Shown here one piece after another: positions 39,691 to 49,233 of a DNA stretch of 64,000 nt. The stretch's first letter is position 1; each line of letters starts with the position of its first letter. The notes under the pieces are model-generated. The model was given only the letters and a program-made list of their open reading frames with translations, was not told the DNA's origin and ran no database searches. Source of the DNA: an uncultured delta proteobacterium (GTDB lineage Bacteria > Desulfobacterota > Desulfobacteria > Desulfobacterales > JAHEIW01); NCBI GenBank assembly GCA_963706575.1, contig CAVPNL010000015.1, forward strand, positions 32,001-96,000. Reading direction: 5' to 3'. The position numbers and the translations under genes are program-made.

Positions 39691-39943
39691 TAGAAGTGGT
39701 TTCAAAACCCCATCTAAGGCCCCATGGCTGCGTTGCCCCGCAAGCGGGATTCGCATCTAATTTTTTAGATTAGGGTGCAGCACAGGCCTCCGATAAATGC
39801 TCACATACCCAAAGTATGCTGAGAACAACGACTTTCCCGATCGGCCTGACGCCTTGATGCATACCTTAATTTGTTTAGATCAGACATGTAATCCCGCTTA
39901 GCGGGGCCCTTGAACCTGATCTGAGATTTTGAAACCACTTCTA
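39691..39943 (+). mobile_element. MITE family A with two nested inserts
   Basis: TIRs TAGAAGTGGTTTCAAAA / TTTTGAAACCACTTCTA; extra segments at 39737-39783 and 39856-39905 relative to the 41413 copy. Confidence 0.9.
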
Positions 39944-40002
39944 ACAAAAAGCCGGTCATATAACAATTTCATGGCATATCCAGCTGAACAAGAGGAGTTC
40001 AA

Positions 40003-41415
40003 ATGACGGATTGGGATGAAAAAACAGATATAATCGTTATCGGCAGCGGCTTGGCCGGGTTGGCTGCAGCCATCGAAGCCGCTCATGCCGGCGCTTCAGT
40101 TATCGTTTTTGAAAAAATGAAAGTGATCGGCGGCAACACCCGCATCAGCGACGGGGCCTTAGCGGCACCTGGCAACTACTTGCAAAAAAAGCTCGGGATA
40201 GAGGATTCGCCGGAATTGTTTTATGATGATATGCTACGCGCTGGTTTGAACCTGAATCATCCGCAACTCGTAAGAATCTTCGCTGAAAGAGCGGCAGAAA
40301 CCATAGAGTGGACCCGCAAAGAACTGGGCGTGAAATACATGGATCGATTGGACCGATTCGGCGGGCATTCTGTGGCCCGCAGCCTAACCACAAAGAGCCA
40401 TTTGGGAGTGGATATTATCAAAGCACAGACGGCTAAACTGAGTGAACTGGATGTCGAAATCCGCACCCGCTGCCTGCTGACGGGCTTCATCGTTGACAGT
40501 AAGGAAACAGCCATATGCGGCGTTAACATCCGGGTCGGTTACCATTTCCCAGATGAAAACAGCGGAACCGAAAAAAAAATTGGCGCCAATCGTGCCGTCA
40601 TTTTGGCCACAGGTGGATTCGGCAATGACCTGCCATTTTGCAGACTTCAGCGCCCGGGGTTAGATGAATCTATTCAATCAACCAACCAGCGGGGGGCGAC
40701 TGCAGAGGGAATGGTTGCGGCTTTAAGTGTGGGGGCCCTTCCCGTTCATCTTTCCTGGATTCAAATGGGACCATGGGGCTGCCCGGATGAAAAGGCATAC
40801 GGCAAAGGGGCCCGTTTTGCCTCCTACAGCGTGTACCCGGCGGGTATACTTATCGACCCGGCGACCGGTTGCCGGTTTGTCAATGAATGGGGGGATCGCC
40901 GCGAACGGTCCGAAGCCATGTTGCGCGCCGGTCAGGCCTGTATTGGAATTGTTGACAGCAATGGCGCGCAAAAGGATGCGGAGAGCCTCAAAGATTGCCT
41001 CAAAAATGGAAGGGTGAAAGGGTTCGAAAATTTGTCGGATCTGGCCGAAGCCTACGGGATTCCGTTCTCTGCCTTAAACCATACGCTCATTGATTATAAT
41101 AAAGCTATTTTGGAAGGCCAGCCGGACGCCTTCGGGAAGCCTCTTGGCCAGGATACCCCGCCATTGAAAAAGCCGCCATTTTACGCCATGAGGCTCTGGC
41201 CCAAACTGCATTACACACCGGGCGGCATCGGAATTAATTCGAAAGCTCAAGTGATCGACCTAAAGGGCCAACCGATCCGACGCCTATTTGCAGCCGGCGA
41301 AGTATGCGGCGGTATCCACGGCGCCAGTCGTTTGAGTAGTTGCGCCCTAACCGAATGCCTCATATTCGGGCGTATTGCCGGTCAGGAGGCCGCTTCCGTC
41401 AAGCCGCGGTCTTAG
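40003..41415 (+). CDS. Flavocytochrome c/fumarate-reductase-like flavoprotein (cytoplasmic)
   Basis: IGSGLAG, FGGHSVAR, LATGGF, HYTPGGI, AAGEVCGGIHGASRL. Confidence 0.9.
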   Translation: MTDWDEKTDIIVIGSGLAGLAAAIEAAHAGASVIVFEKMKVIGGNTRISDGALAAPGNYLQKKLGIEDSPELFYDDMLRAGLNLNHPQLVRIFAERAAETIEWTRKELGVKYMDRLDRFGGHSVARSLTTKSHLGVDIIKAQTAKLSELDVEIRTRCLLTGFIVDSKETAICGVNIRVGYHFPDENSGTEKKIGANRAVILATGGFGNDLPFCRLQRPGLDESIQSTNQRGATAEGMVAALSVGALPVHLSWIQMGPWGCPDEKAYGKGARFASYSVYPAGILIDPATGCRFVNEWGDRRERSEAMLRAGQACIGIVDSNGAQKDAESLKDCLKNGRVKGFENLSDLAEAYGIPFSALNHTLIDYNKAILEGQPDAFGKPLGQDTPPLKKPPFYAMRLWPKLHYTPGGIGINSKAQVIDLKGQPIRRLFAAGEVCGGIHGASRLSSCALTECLIFGRIAGQEAASVKPRS

Positions 41416-41560
41416 AAGTGGTTTCAAAACCCCATCTAAGGCCCAATGGCTGCGTTGCAGTCCTTCGGTAAATGCTCACATACGCCATGTATGCTGCGCT
41501 TTCCCGATCGGCCTGACGCCTTGCCCTTGAACCTGATCTGAGGTTTTGAAACCACTTCTA
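41413..41560 (+). mobile_element. MITE family A, 148 bp basic unit
   Basis: Perfect 19 bp TIR TAGAAGTGGTTTCAAAACC / GGTTTTGAAACCACTTCTA. Confidence 0.92.
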
Positions 41561-41620
41561 GAGAAGTTTTTAAGGAAAGCAAAATGAATAATAACAGATT
41601 GTGGAGGTATTTGGGTCATT

Positions 41621-42271
41621 ATGAAAGATAAAGCTACAACAACGTGTTTATGCAGAAAAATGGAGTGCTGGCGTGGAGATGATGAGGGCATTCCATCCTA
41701 TTGTCAGGCCAACCATTATGTCGCCGAAATTGAGAAAGCCAGAGAAGTATATGCAGAACCGGAGGTGGTCGATATCTATACCGCCGCATGTGTTGTCGGC
41801 AAAAAAAACGACGGCTACCGACCGCGTATCGAAGAGGCGCTTGATTTCACCAGCGAAATGAAGTTTTCCAGAGTGGGATTCGCTGCCTGTGTGGCCTTTG
41901 GCAAGGAGCTGGAAGTGATTAGACGGCTGTTTGAGCAGGCCGGGATCGAGGTCTTTAGTGCCGGTTGCCAGATCGGCCGAAGCTCTGCCACAGATCGGGG
42001 ATTGCCGCATTTAGAAGCATATCCGGACAATTCAACATGCAATCCCATTGCCCAGGCTGATATTCTGAACAAAGCGCAAACCCAATTGAACTTCATTATC
42101 GGGTTGTGCATGGGGCATGATATTTTATTCACCCGCTACTCCAGAGCGCCGGTTTCCACGCTGATTGTCAAGGATCGGCTGATGGGGAACAATCCTGCTG
42201 CCGCCATCTACGGCTGGCATGCCCGTCGTTCTCTGTTCAAACTGAGTCGAAGTGATGATGAGATGGTATGA
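41621..42271 (+). CDS. DUF1847 family Cys-rich metal-binding protein
   Basis: RIEE, GFAAC, CNPIAQA, IGLCMGHD, TLIVKDR. Confidence 0.85.
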   Translation: MKDKATTTCLCRKMECWRGDDEGIPSYCQANHYVAEIEKAREVYAEPEVVDIYTAACVVGKKNDGYRPRIEEALDFTSEMKFSRVGFAACVAFGKELEVIRRLFEQAGIEVFSAGCQIGRSSATDRGLPHLEAYPDNSTCNPIAQADILNKAQTQLNFIIGLCMGHDILFTRYSRAPVSTLIVKDRLMGNNPAAAIYGWHARRSLFKLSRSDDEMV

Positions 42272-42357
42272 CCGATCGGGGGGTTTTTCTGAGATAATTT
42301 TCACTTCCCGTCGAATGCATCTTAAATAAGCTATTTTATCCGTCCGCAATATTCTTT

Positions 42358-42375
42358 TGATTCATATCTGAATCA
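42358..42375. promoter_or_regulatory. Candidate bEBP upstream activating sequence
   Basis: Palindrome TGATTCA-N4-TGAATCA with perfectly complementary 7 bp arms, about 75 bp upstream of a -24/-12 promoter. Confidence 0.7.
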
Positions 42376-42449
42376 ACCATTCCATCCGTGTTGTTCAACT
42401 TACAAAATAACTATTTGAAATTAATTGACTTTATTTTCGCCCCTGTTGT

Positions 42450-42465
42450 TGGCTCAAATTTTGCT
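42450..42465 (+). promoter_or_regulatory. Sigma-54 (-24/-12) promoter of the racemase-ALDH-AOR operon
   Basis: TGGCTC-AAATT-TTGCT, GG-N10-GC spacing. Confidence 0.7.
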
Positions 42466-42524
42466 CTATATTCTATATTTAGCAAACCAAATGGAAAAAC
42501 CTCAAATTCGGAGGAGGATCTTTT

Positions 42525-43259
42525 ATGATTTACAAAGCGAACAAAGGGCAAACCAGTTACGGCGAAGCCATCGGCATCATTCTGATGGAAAGCTTCATGC
42601 CTTTCCCGCCGGGCTGCCCCGGAAACGCCACAACCTTTTCTTTTCCGGTCAGATATGCCAATGTCAAAGGCGCCAATATGGAAAAATTGGTCTATCAGGG
42701 CGATCCCGAGCTGCTAAAGCCCTTCATCGATGCCGGTTGGGATCTGGTTAACGAAGGGGTCAAAGCGATTACCGGAAATTGCGGATTTATGGTTCTCTAC
42801 CATGAGGTGATGGCCAAGGAATTTCCGGTCCCGGTTTTTATGTCCAGTTTATTGCAGTTGCCGTTTATCTCCCGCATGCTGAAGCCCGGTGAAAAGATTG
42901 GCATCATCACAGCCAGTGGCAAAACCTTAACAGAAAAACATTTGCAGATTGCCACCAATGGCGCTAATATCCCCCTCGCCATCGCCGGCATGGAGGATCA
43001 AAAGCATTTTTATGATGCGATTCATGCCGAAGTCGGGGAACTCGATTTCGACGGGGTTGAAGCGGAAGTCGTTCAGGTGACCCGGAACCTGGTTGAAAAG
43101 GAAGAAAATATTAAAGCGATTTTATTTGAATGTACCGATCTTCCCCCATATGCGGCTGCGACTCAGGAAGCGGTCGGATTGCCTGTTTTCGATTTTTCGA
43201 CCATGATTAATTATGTACATTCGGGCCTTGTCCGCAAAAGATTTGAGGGCTTCTGTTAA
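42525..43259 (+). CDS. Asp/Glu/hydantoin racemase-superfamily protein
   Basis: AITGNCGFM and LFECTDLPPY; paralogue of 11140-11871. Confidence 0.85.
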   Translation: MIYKANKGQTSYGEAIGIILMESFMPFPPGCPGNATTFSFPVRYANVKGANMEKLVYQGDPELLKPFIDAGWDLVNEGVKAITGNCGFMVLYHEVMAKEFPVPVFMSSLLQLPFISRMLKPGEKIGIITASGKTLTEKHLQIATNGANIPLAIAGMEDQKHFYDAIHAEVGELDFDGVEAEVVQVTRNLVEKEENIKAILFECTDLPPYAAATQEAVGLPVFDFSTMINYVHSGLVRKRFEGFC

Positions 43260-43325
43260 ACTGATAAAAAAATATCATGCCTTTGTGGTCTTTATAAAAG
43301 CGAACCTTAAAGAGGAGGAGTATCC

Positions 43326-44792
43326 ATGTCTGAAAAAGTTTATCAAAAAAAAGCGTTTATCGGGGGTGAATGGGTCGAATCGGAAAGTGGTGAACGATTC
43401 GAGGTCAATTATCCGGGCGATGGCAGTGTCATCGGTACGGCACCGGCCTGCACCCGTAAAGATGCCCAGAAAGCGATAGATGCGGCCATCGAAGGGCAGA
43501 AAGCCCTGGCAAAACTTTCGCTGGTAAAACGCATCGAACTGCTGCACAAGGCGACGGAGCTCGCGAAAAAAAGAGATGAAGAATCATCCCGTCTCACCTG
43601 TCTGGAATCCGGAAAGCCCATCCAGCAGGCCATCTGGGAGGGAAGCACCATCGATGGCTATAGCTGGAGTAATTTCCACGTTGCGGCTGCCAATATAAAA
43701 TCGCACCGCGGCATGACCCTGCCCAATGTCACCGAAGATTCCAACAATAAACGCTTAATCCATATTTACGAACCGGTGGGCGTGGTGGTGAACATTTCAA
43801 CCTTCAGCTATCCCTCTGAAATGCCCAATTGTACGATTCCCTATGCCCTGGCAGCGGGCAATGCCGTTATTGTGAAACCGTCATCCGGATCACCTTTCAG
43901 CAGCATTCTTATCGCCGAGGTCTTGGAGGAGGCCGGTTTTCCGCCCGGCAGCATTAATGTGTTGACCGGTGCCGGTGAAGAAGTCGGAGCGGAATTGGCC
44001 GCCAATTCGGGCACCCAGGCAATCGGCCTTTTTGGCCAGGAGCAAACCGGCGAAAAAGTGGCCCGGAATGCGGCCATGAAAAAACTGTTGTTTGCCATCG
44101 TGTCGAACAATCCGCTGATCGTCATGGATGATGCCAACATCGAAGCGGCCGTGGAAGCCGCCATCGGCGGGTGCTATGCTCATAACGGGCAGTCGCCGAT
44201 ATCCACCCGACGAATATTGCTTCACAAAGATGTGCACCAGGGTTTTATAAGCCGCTTTGTGGAAAGAACCCAGGCCCTCAACCTGTCAGACCCGTTGGAT
44301 GAAAAGGCAGACGTCGGGCCGGTCCACAACAGCAAAGTGCTTGAAGTCGCACTTAGCCATCTGGAAGATGCTCGCAAAAAAGGCGCTAAATTTTTAACCG
44401 GCGGCAACAACCCCAAAGGGCTTTATATAGAGCCTACCATAATCGATGAGGCCACCGGCGACATGCTCGTCACCCAGGAAGCCACACCGGGTCCGATAGC
44501 GCCGATCATGACGTTTGAAAATATCGATCAGGCCGTCGAGCTGGCCAATTCAACACGCTTTGGGTTTCAGATCGGCGCGTTTACCAGTGGTCTGGCAAAT
44601 GCCTATTATCTGGCTGAGAACATTCAAGCCGGTAGCGTGTATATCAACGAAGCGACCAATTGCTGGGATGAAATGGCGCCCTTCGGCGGTGTCAAGAAAA
44701 GCGGCATCGGCAGAATGCTGTCGGATTGGACATTCAATGAATTAAGCCAGATCAAAATGATTTTATTTGATCTCGGCAAAGTAAAAAAATAA
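43326..44792 (+). CDS. Aldehyde-dehydrogenase-fold protein lacking the canonical catalytic residues
   Basis: ALDH scaffold (EPVGVV, ALAAGNAVIVKPS, PFGGVKKSGIGR), but GQSP for GQxC, LFAIVS for LELGG, LFGQ for FTGS and TFSYP for PWNxP. Confidence 0.88.
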   Translation: MSEKVYQKKAFIGGEWVESESGERFEVNYPGDGSVIGTAPACTRKDAQKAIDAAIEGQKALAKLSLVKRIELLHKATELAKKRDEESSRLTCLESGKPIQQAIWEGSTIDGYSWSNFHVAAANIKSHRGMTLPNVTEDSNNKRLIHIYEPVGVVVNISTFSYPSEMPNCTIPYALAAGNAVIVKPSSGSPFSSILIAEVLEEAGFPPGSINVLTGAGEEVGAELAANSGTQAIGLFGQEQTGEKVARNAAMKKLLFAIVSNNPLIVMDDANIEAAVEAAIGGCYAHNGQSPISTRRILLHKDVHQGFISRFVERTQALNLSDPLDEKADVGPVHNSKVLEVALSHLEDARKKGAKFLTGGNNPKGLYIEPTIIDEATGDMLVTQEATPGPIAPIMTFENIDQAVELANSTRFGFQIGAFTSGLANAYYLAENIQAGSVYINEATNCWDEMAPFGGVKKSGIGRMLSDWTFNELSQIKMILFDLGKVKK

Positions 44793-44802
44793 GGAGACAT
44801 CC

Positions 44803-46782
44803 ATGGGTTATATGCGTGGTGGAACCATTTTAAGGATAGATCTGGGGACAGGCTCGATTGTAAGAGAACCGACCGCCGATTACACAAAACAGTGGTTCGG
44901 CGGACGGGGGCTGAATTCCAGAATCCTTTATACGGAAACCGGCCCGGCAGTCAAACCGCTGGAACCGGAAAATGTGCTGATGTTCAGCCTCGGCCCTTTT
45001 ACCGGAACCATGGTGCCCGGCTCCGGCCGGGTCGAAGTGGCCGCAAAATCACCGGTCATCGGCATCCAAGGCATGGGCAACATGGGCGGCTACTGGGGGC
45101 CGGAGCTAAAATATGCGGGTTATGACAGCATCATTCTAAAAGGCAAAGCAGCCAAGCCGGTCTACATTGCCATCCATAATGACGAAGTCGAGATAAAAGA
45201 CGCCGCGCATCTCTGGGGAATGGACACCTACCGGACCCAGGACGCCATTCGGCAGGAAATGGGCGATCCCGAGATCGAAGTGGTTTGTATCGGGCCGGCC
45301 GGCGAAAATATGATCGGCTATGCCTCCATCCAGAACCGCATGGGAAATGCCGCCGGGCGAACCGGTATGGGTACCGTCATGGGATCTAAAGACCTCAAGG
45401 CCATTGCCGTGCGCGGCACCAAGGGCGTGGCCATCGCGGAGCCCGACAGATTTTTTGAATTGTGCCTGGAGGCCCTGCAGATTCAAAAGCCCCAGCTGGG
45501 AATGGCCAAAACCATCGATCTGGCCGACAACGATCCCCCATCGTGGGGGCTGACACTGGGAAACTACGAAGCCACCGAATGGGAAAAGCAAAAAGAATTA
45601 AAAGACGGACACAAGCCCTTTTGGGAAAACCACAAAAACCGCCAGGGAGAAGGCATCACCGGATGCTTCAACTGCCAGGTCCGCTGCATGGATTACTACG
45701 AGCTTCCCGAATGGGGCCCTCTGGTCGCCAGCTGCAACCTGTATGCCTCGACCACATGGGTATTAAAGGATCCGGACATGAAATCCTGGTATGCGTTTGT
45801 TTCAAAATGCCAGCGCCAGGGCATTGATTCCACCTCGGCTTCACGCATGATTGCCTGGGCCATGGAACTTTATGAACAGGGCAAAATCACTCAAAAAGAT
45901 ACAGACGGAATCGCGCTCAACTGGGGAAACAAAGAAGCCATTGGTCTGATGCTCGACAAAATCGTCAAAAAAGAAGGTTTTGGCGAGGTGTTGGCCAGCA
46001 ATCCGGCCGAGGCCGCCAAAAAGATTGGTGATGACGTTGAAGAAGCCTTACAGATAAAGGGTCTGCCCCTGGGGGGCACCAACGTCATGAATTTCCGGGC
46101 GCGGACCATCGGCGCGGTGGTCAATCCCAGAGGCGGTGATGAATATCGCGCCCGGGTCGGTGCCTTCGACAATCTCGGCAGCGGTAAGAATACCGGAATG
46201 ACCGGAATGTCCAGCCCCGACAGCTGGGAAGCCAAAACCGCCATGTCCATCATCGATGCGGCCCTGGCGAAAAAGAAAGAGGCCGGGGAAGAGCCGATAA
46301 TCGGCCAGTTCGATTACGAGGGCCGCGGGGCGCTGGCCGCCTTGGGCCAAAAGATTTCGACAGTCAGTGATACGCTGGGACAGTGCAAATGGAATACCAT
46401 TTTTCTGAATGTGGGCATTAGCATGGAGTTTCAGGCCAACGCCCTTTCGGCGGGAACGGGACGGGAGACAGGCATCGAAGAGCTCCTGGAAGCCGCATCA
46501 CGCATCTCCTGCCAGGAAAGAGCTTATGCCGTGCGCGAGGGGATGACGAAAGATCAGGACACCCTGCCTAAAAAATTGATCAATTATTCGATGGCGGGAA
46601 CCTATCCGGATGACCAGGTCACGCCGGAGGGCCTAGAAAAAATGAAAGACGAATATTATCAAGCAATGGGCTGGGATGTTAAAACCGGTATTCCAACGCT
46701 CGATACCCTGCGTGCGCTCAATCTGGAAGATGTGGCATCTGATTTGATCAAACAGGGTAAACTTAAAGATGAAATAAAGTAG
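44803..46782 (+). CDS. Aldehyde:ferredoxin oxidoreductase family (tungstopterin) protein
   Basis: GGRGL, AKSP, LKYAGYD, IGPAGEN, AAGRTGMGTVMGSKDLKAIAVRG, GCFNCQVRC, YYQAMGWD. Confidence 0.93.
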   Translation: MGYMRGGTILRIDLGTGSIVREPTADYTKQWFGGRGLNSRILYTETGPAVKPLEPENVLMFSLGPFTGTMVPGSGRVEVAAKSPVIGIQGMGNMGGYWGPELKYAGYDSIILKGKAAKPVYIAIHNDEVEIKDAAHLWGMDTYRTQDAIRQEMGDPEIEVVCIGPAGENMIGYASIQNRMGNAAGRTGMGTVMGSKDLKAIAVRGTKGVAIAEPDRFFELCLEALQIQKPQLGMAKTIDLADNDPPSWGLTLGNYEATEWEKQKELKDGHKPFWENHKNRQGEGITGCFNCQVRCMDYYELPEWGPLVASCNLYASTTWVLKDPDMKSWYAFVSKCQRQGIDSTSASRMIAWAMELYEQGKITQKDTDGIALNWGNKEAIGLMLDKIVKKEGFGEVLASNPAEAAKKIGDDVEEALQIKGLPLGGTNVMNFRARTIGAVVNPRGGDEYRARVGAFDNLGSGKNTGMTGMSSPDSWEAKTAMSIIDAALAKKKEAGEEPIIGQFDYEGRGALAALGQKISTVSDTLGQCKWNTIFLNVGISMEFQANALSAGTGRETGIEELLEAASRISCQERAYAVREGMTKDQDTLPKKLINYSMAGTYPDDQVTPEGLEKMKDEYYQAMGWDVKTGIPTLDTLRALNLEDVASDLIKQGKLKDEIK

Positions 46783-46804
46783 AACCTAATATGGAGGCTG
46801 GTAA

Positions 46805-47335
46805 ATGAGCAACGTTATCATTATTCATCCCGAAAAGTGCAGTGGCTGCCAGATGTGTGAGGTCAGCTGCTCTCTCAGAAATATGAAGGAATGCAATCCG
46901 GAACGATCGCGCATCCGCGCCATCAAGTCCGAAGAAAATGGCCAGCTCCAGTTTATCCCGTCCACCTGTATGCAGTGTGAAACGGCGATGTGTGAATTGG
47001 TCTGTCCGGTGAATGCCATCAGCAGAGATCCGCAAACGGGCGCCCGGATTATTAGCGAAAAAAAATGTATTGGCTGCAGTTCCTGCAGTTACGCCTGCCC
47101 CTTCGGTGCCTGTTTCGTCGACCGCAGCCTGGGCAAATCCATTGTTTGCAATCAGTGTGACGGCGATCCCACCTGTGTTAAAGTGTGTCCGTCCGGTGCG
47201 CTTGAATATGTGAATGCCGACCAGGTGAACATCAGCCTCAAGCGGGCGGCTGCCCGGCGTATTATGAATGCCCAGGAGATCATTCGAGAATCGCCCGGAC
47301 CGCTGAACGTCAAACCGGATCAGGACCTGTGCTAG
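46805..47335 (+). CDS. 4x[4Fe-4S] electron-transfer subunit (DmsB/AorA-like)
   Basis: CSGCQMCEVSC, CMQC...C...CP, CIGCSSCSYACP, CNQC...C...CP. Confidence 0.92.
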   Translation: MSNVIIIHPEKCSGCQMCEVSCSLRNMKECNPERSRIRAIKSEENGQLQFIPSTCMQCETAMCELVCPVNAISRDPQTGARIISEKKCIGCSSCSYACPFGACFVDRSLGKSIVCNQCDGDPTCVKVCPSGALEYVNADQVNISLKRAAARRIMNAQEIIRESPGPLNVKPDQDLC

Positions 47336-47497
47336 TGTAGTGGCCTACAAATAAGTTACAAAATGATTGTCACTCCCGCGCAGGCGGGAGTCCAGTTCAA
47401 AGACGCCTGGATTCCCGCCTGCGCGGGAATGACGGATGGGCAACACGCCTCGATACTTAATAATATTTTAGACACTATTTCCGGGACACAACATTAG
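47332..47497 (-). mobile_element. MITE family C, copy 2
   Basis: Reverse-orientation homologue of 11900-12065; its end overlaps the TAG of the Fe-S gene. Confidence 0.85.
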
Positions 47498-47553
47498 GCA
47501 GTTCCATCTGCAAGAATTGAACGCCATCGAAATCTGTAAAAGAGGAGGTGGAT

Positions 47554-49219
47554 ATGGTTTGGCAGGGCGATACCTATGATGAAATATGCCGTAATTTCAG
47601 ATGGGAGTTTCCGGAATATTTCAATATCGGCGTGGATATTTGCGATAAATGGGCCGACGACAAATTCCGTTTAGCACTGATATACCTTGATGAGGATGAA
47701 CGCGAGCACAAAATTACCTACTGGGAATTAAAAAACGCCTCAAATCGACTGGCAAATGCATTGCGAGAATACGGTGTCGCCCGCGAGGACCGCATCGGGA
47801 TATTAATGGCGCCCGCGCCGGAGACCTTAATTTCCCATATTGCCGTTTACAAATTGGGCGCCATCCTGGTACCCATGATCCAGCTTTTTGGGCCTCTGGC
47901 GATCGAGTATCGCCTTAAAAACAGCGGGGCCAAAAGCGTTATTACGGATAAAAAAAATCTGGCGAAAATTTTAGAAATTAAAGATCGCCTTCCCGACCTG
48001 AAACTTATCATCGCGGTCGATGCCCAGGGAGAGACGGATGTCTTGGACTTTGGGGAGACATTAGCCCGTGGCAGCCGGTATTTCACACCGGTGGAAACAA
48101 AACCGGATGACCCGGCCTTAATTATTTACACCTCAGGGACCACGGGCCCTCCCAAAGGCGCACTTCACGGTCATCGCCTGATGATTGCCGAGGCCACCAA
48201 TACGGGGTTCTCGCTTGACCTTTTTCCCCAAAAAGGAGATCTGCTGTGGACCCATTGCGATTGGGCCTATATCGCGGGATCCTTTACCGCTCTTTACCCG
48301 ACAATGCATTACGGGCAAGCCATCGTTGAGTATGCCAAAACCGGGAGATTTGATTCCGAAAAGGCTTTTTCCATTATCTCCAAATATGGCGTCACGGTGA
48401 TATTTGCGATCGCCACGGCGTTCCGGATGATGATGCATGCGGTCAAGAATCCGAAAGAGCGTTACGATCTGGATGAATTGAGATCCATCACCGTGGGCGG
48501 CGAGACCATGGGAAAGGATCTCTACGAATGGGGCCAGAGGGCGCTGGGGGTTGAATTCAACGAAAATTACGGTATGACCGAATGCGATTTCATGGTTTCC
48601 AATTGTTCCAAAATCATGAAGGTTTACCCGGGTTCGATGGGCCGCGCGATTCCCGGACATATCGTTGAAGTCATCGATGAGCAGGGTAACGTCCAGGAAG
48701 CCGGCGAGTATGGTGAGTTTGCGATCAAACAACCTGATCCCAGCATATTTCATCGGGTACTGGGGCGATCCGGAAGCCACCCAAAAACGATTTATCGGCG
48801 AATGGTTTCGCACCGGTGATTACGGCACCAAAGATGAAAACGGCTATTTCTGGTTTACCGGCCGCAGGGATTACGTCATCGAAAGCGGCGGTTATCGAAT
48901 CGGACCTGGCGAGGTCGAAGATGCACTGGTCAAGCACGATGCCGTGAAACTGGTCGCCGTGATCGGTGTTCCGGATGAGATCAGAGGTGAAATTGTCAAG
49001 GCGTTCATTGTGCCCGAGCAGGGTGTGACGGCGGATAAAGCACTGGAAGATCGCCTCAAACAGCATGTCAAAGGCCAATTGGAGGCACACGCCTATCCGC
49101 GGGAGATAGAATTCCTCGAGGAGATGCCGATGACGGACACCGGCAAGATTATGAAAAATGAGCTGCTCAAAATGGATCAAAAAAGCCGCACCAAAATAAA
49201 AGCGGATAAAGAAAAATAA
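47554..49219 (+). CDS. Acyl-CoA synthetase (AMP-forming; +1 frameshift near 48750)
   Basis: YTSGTTGPPKG and YGMTE, then FRTGD, GRRD, GYRIGPGEVE and TGK in the next frame; span is 3n+1. Confidence 0.92.
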
Positions 49220-49233
49220 TAAGGAGGCCGGCG

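Noticed and set aside
24818..49219. Programmed ribosomal frameshifting or phase variation at the four split genes
   Set aside because: No common slippery heptamer or long homopolymer; single-base sequencing insertions are the simpler explanation.
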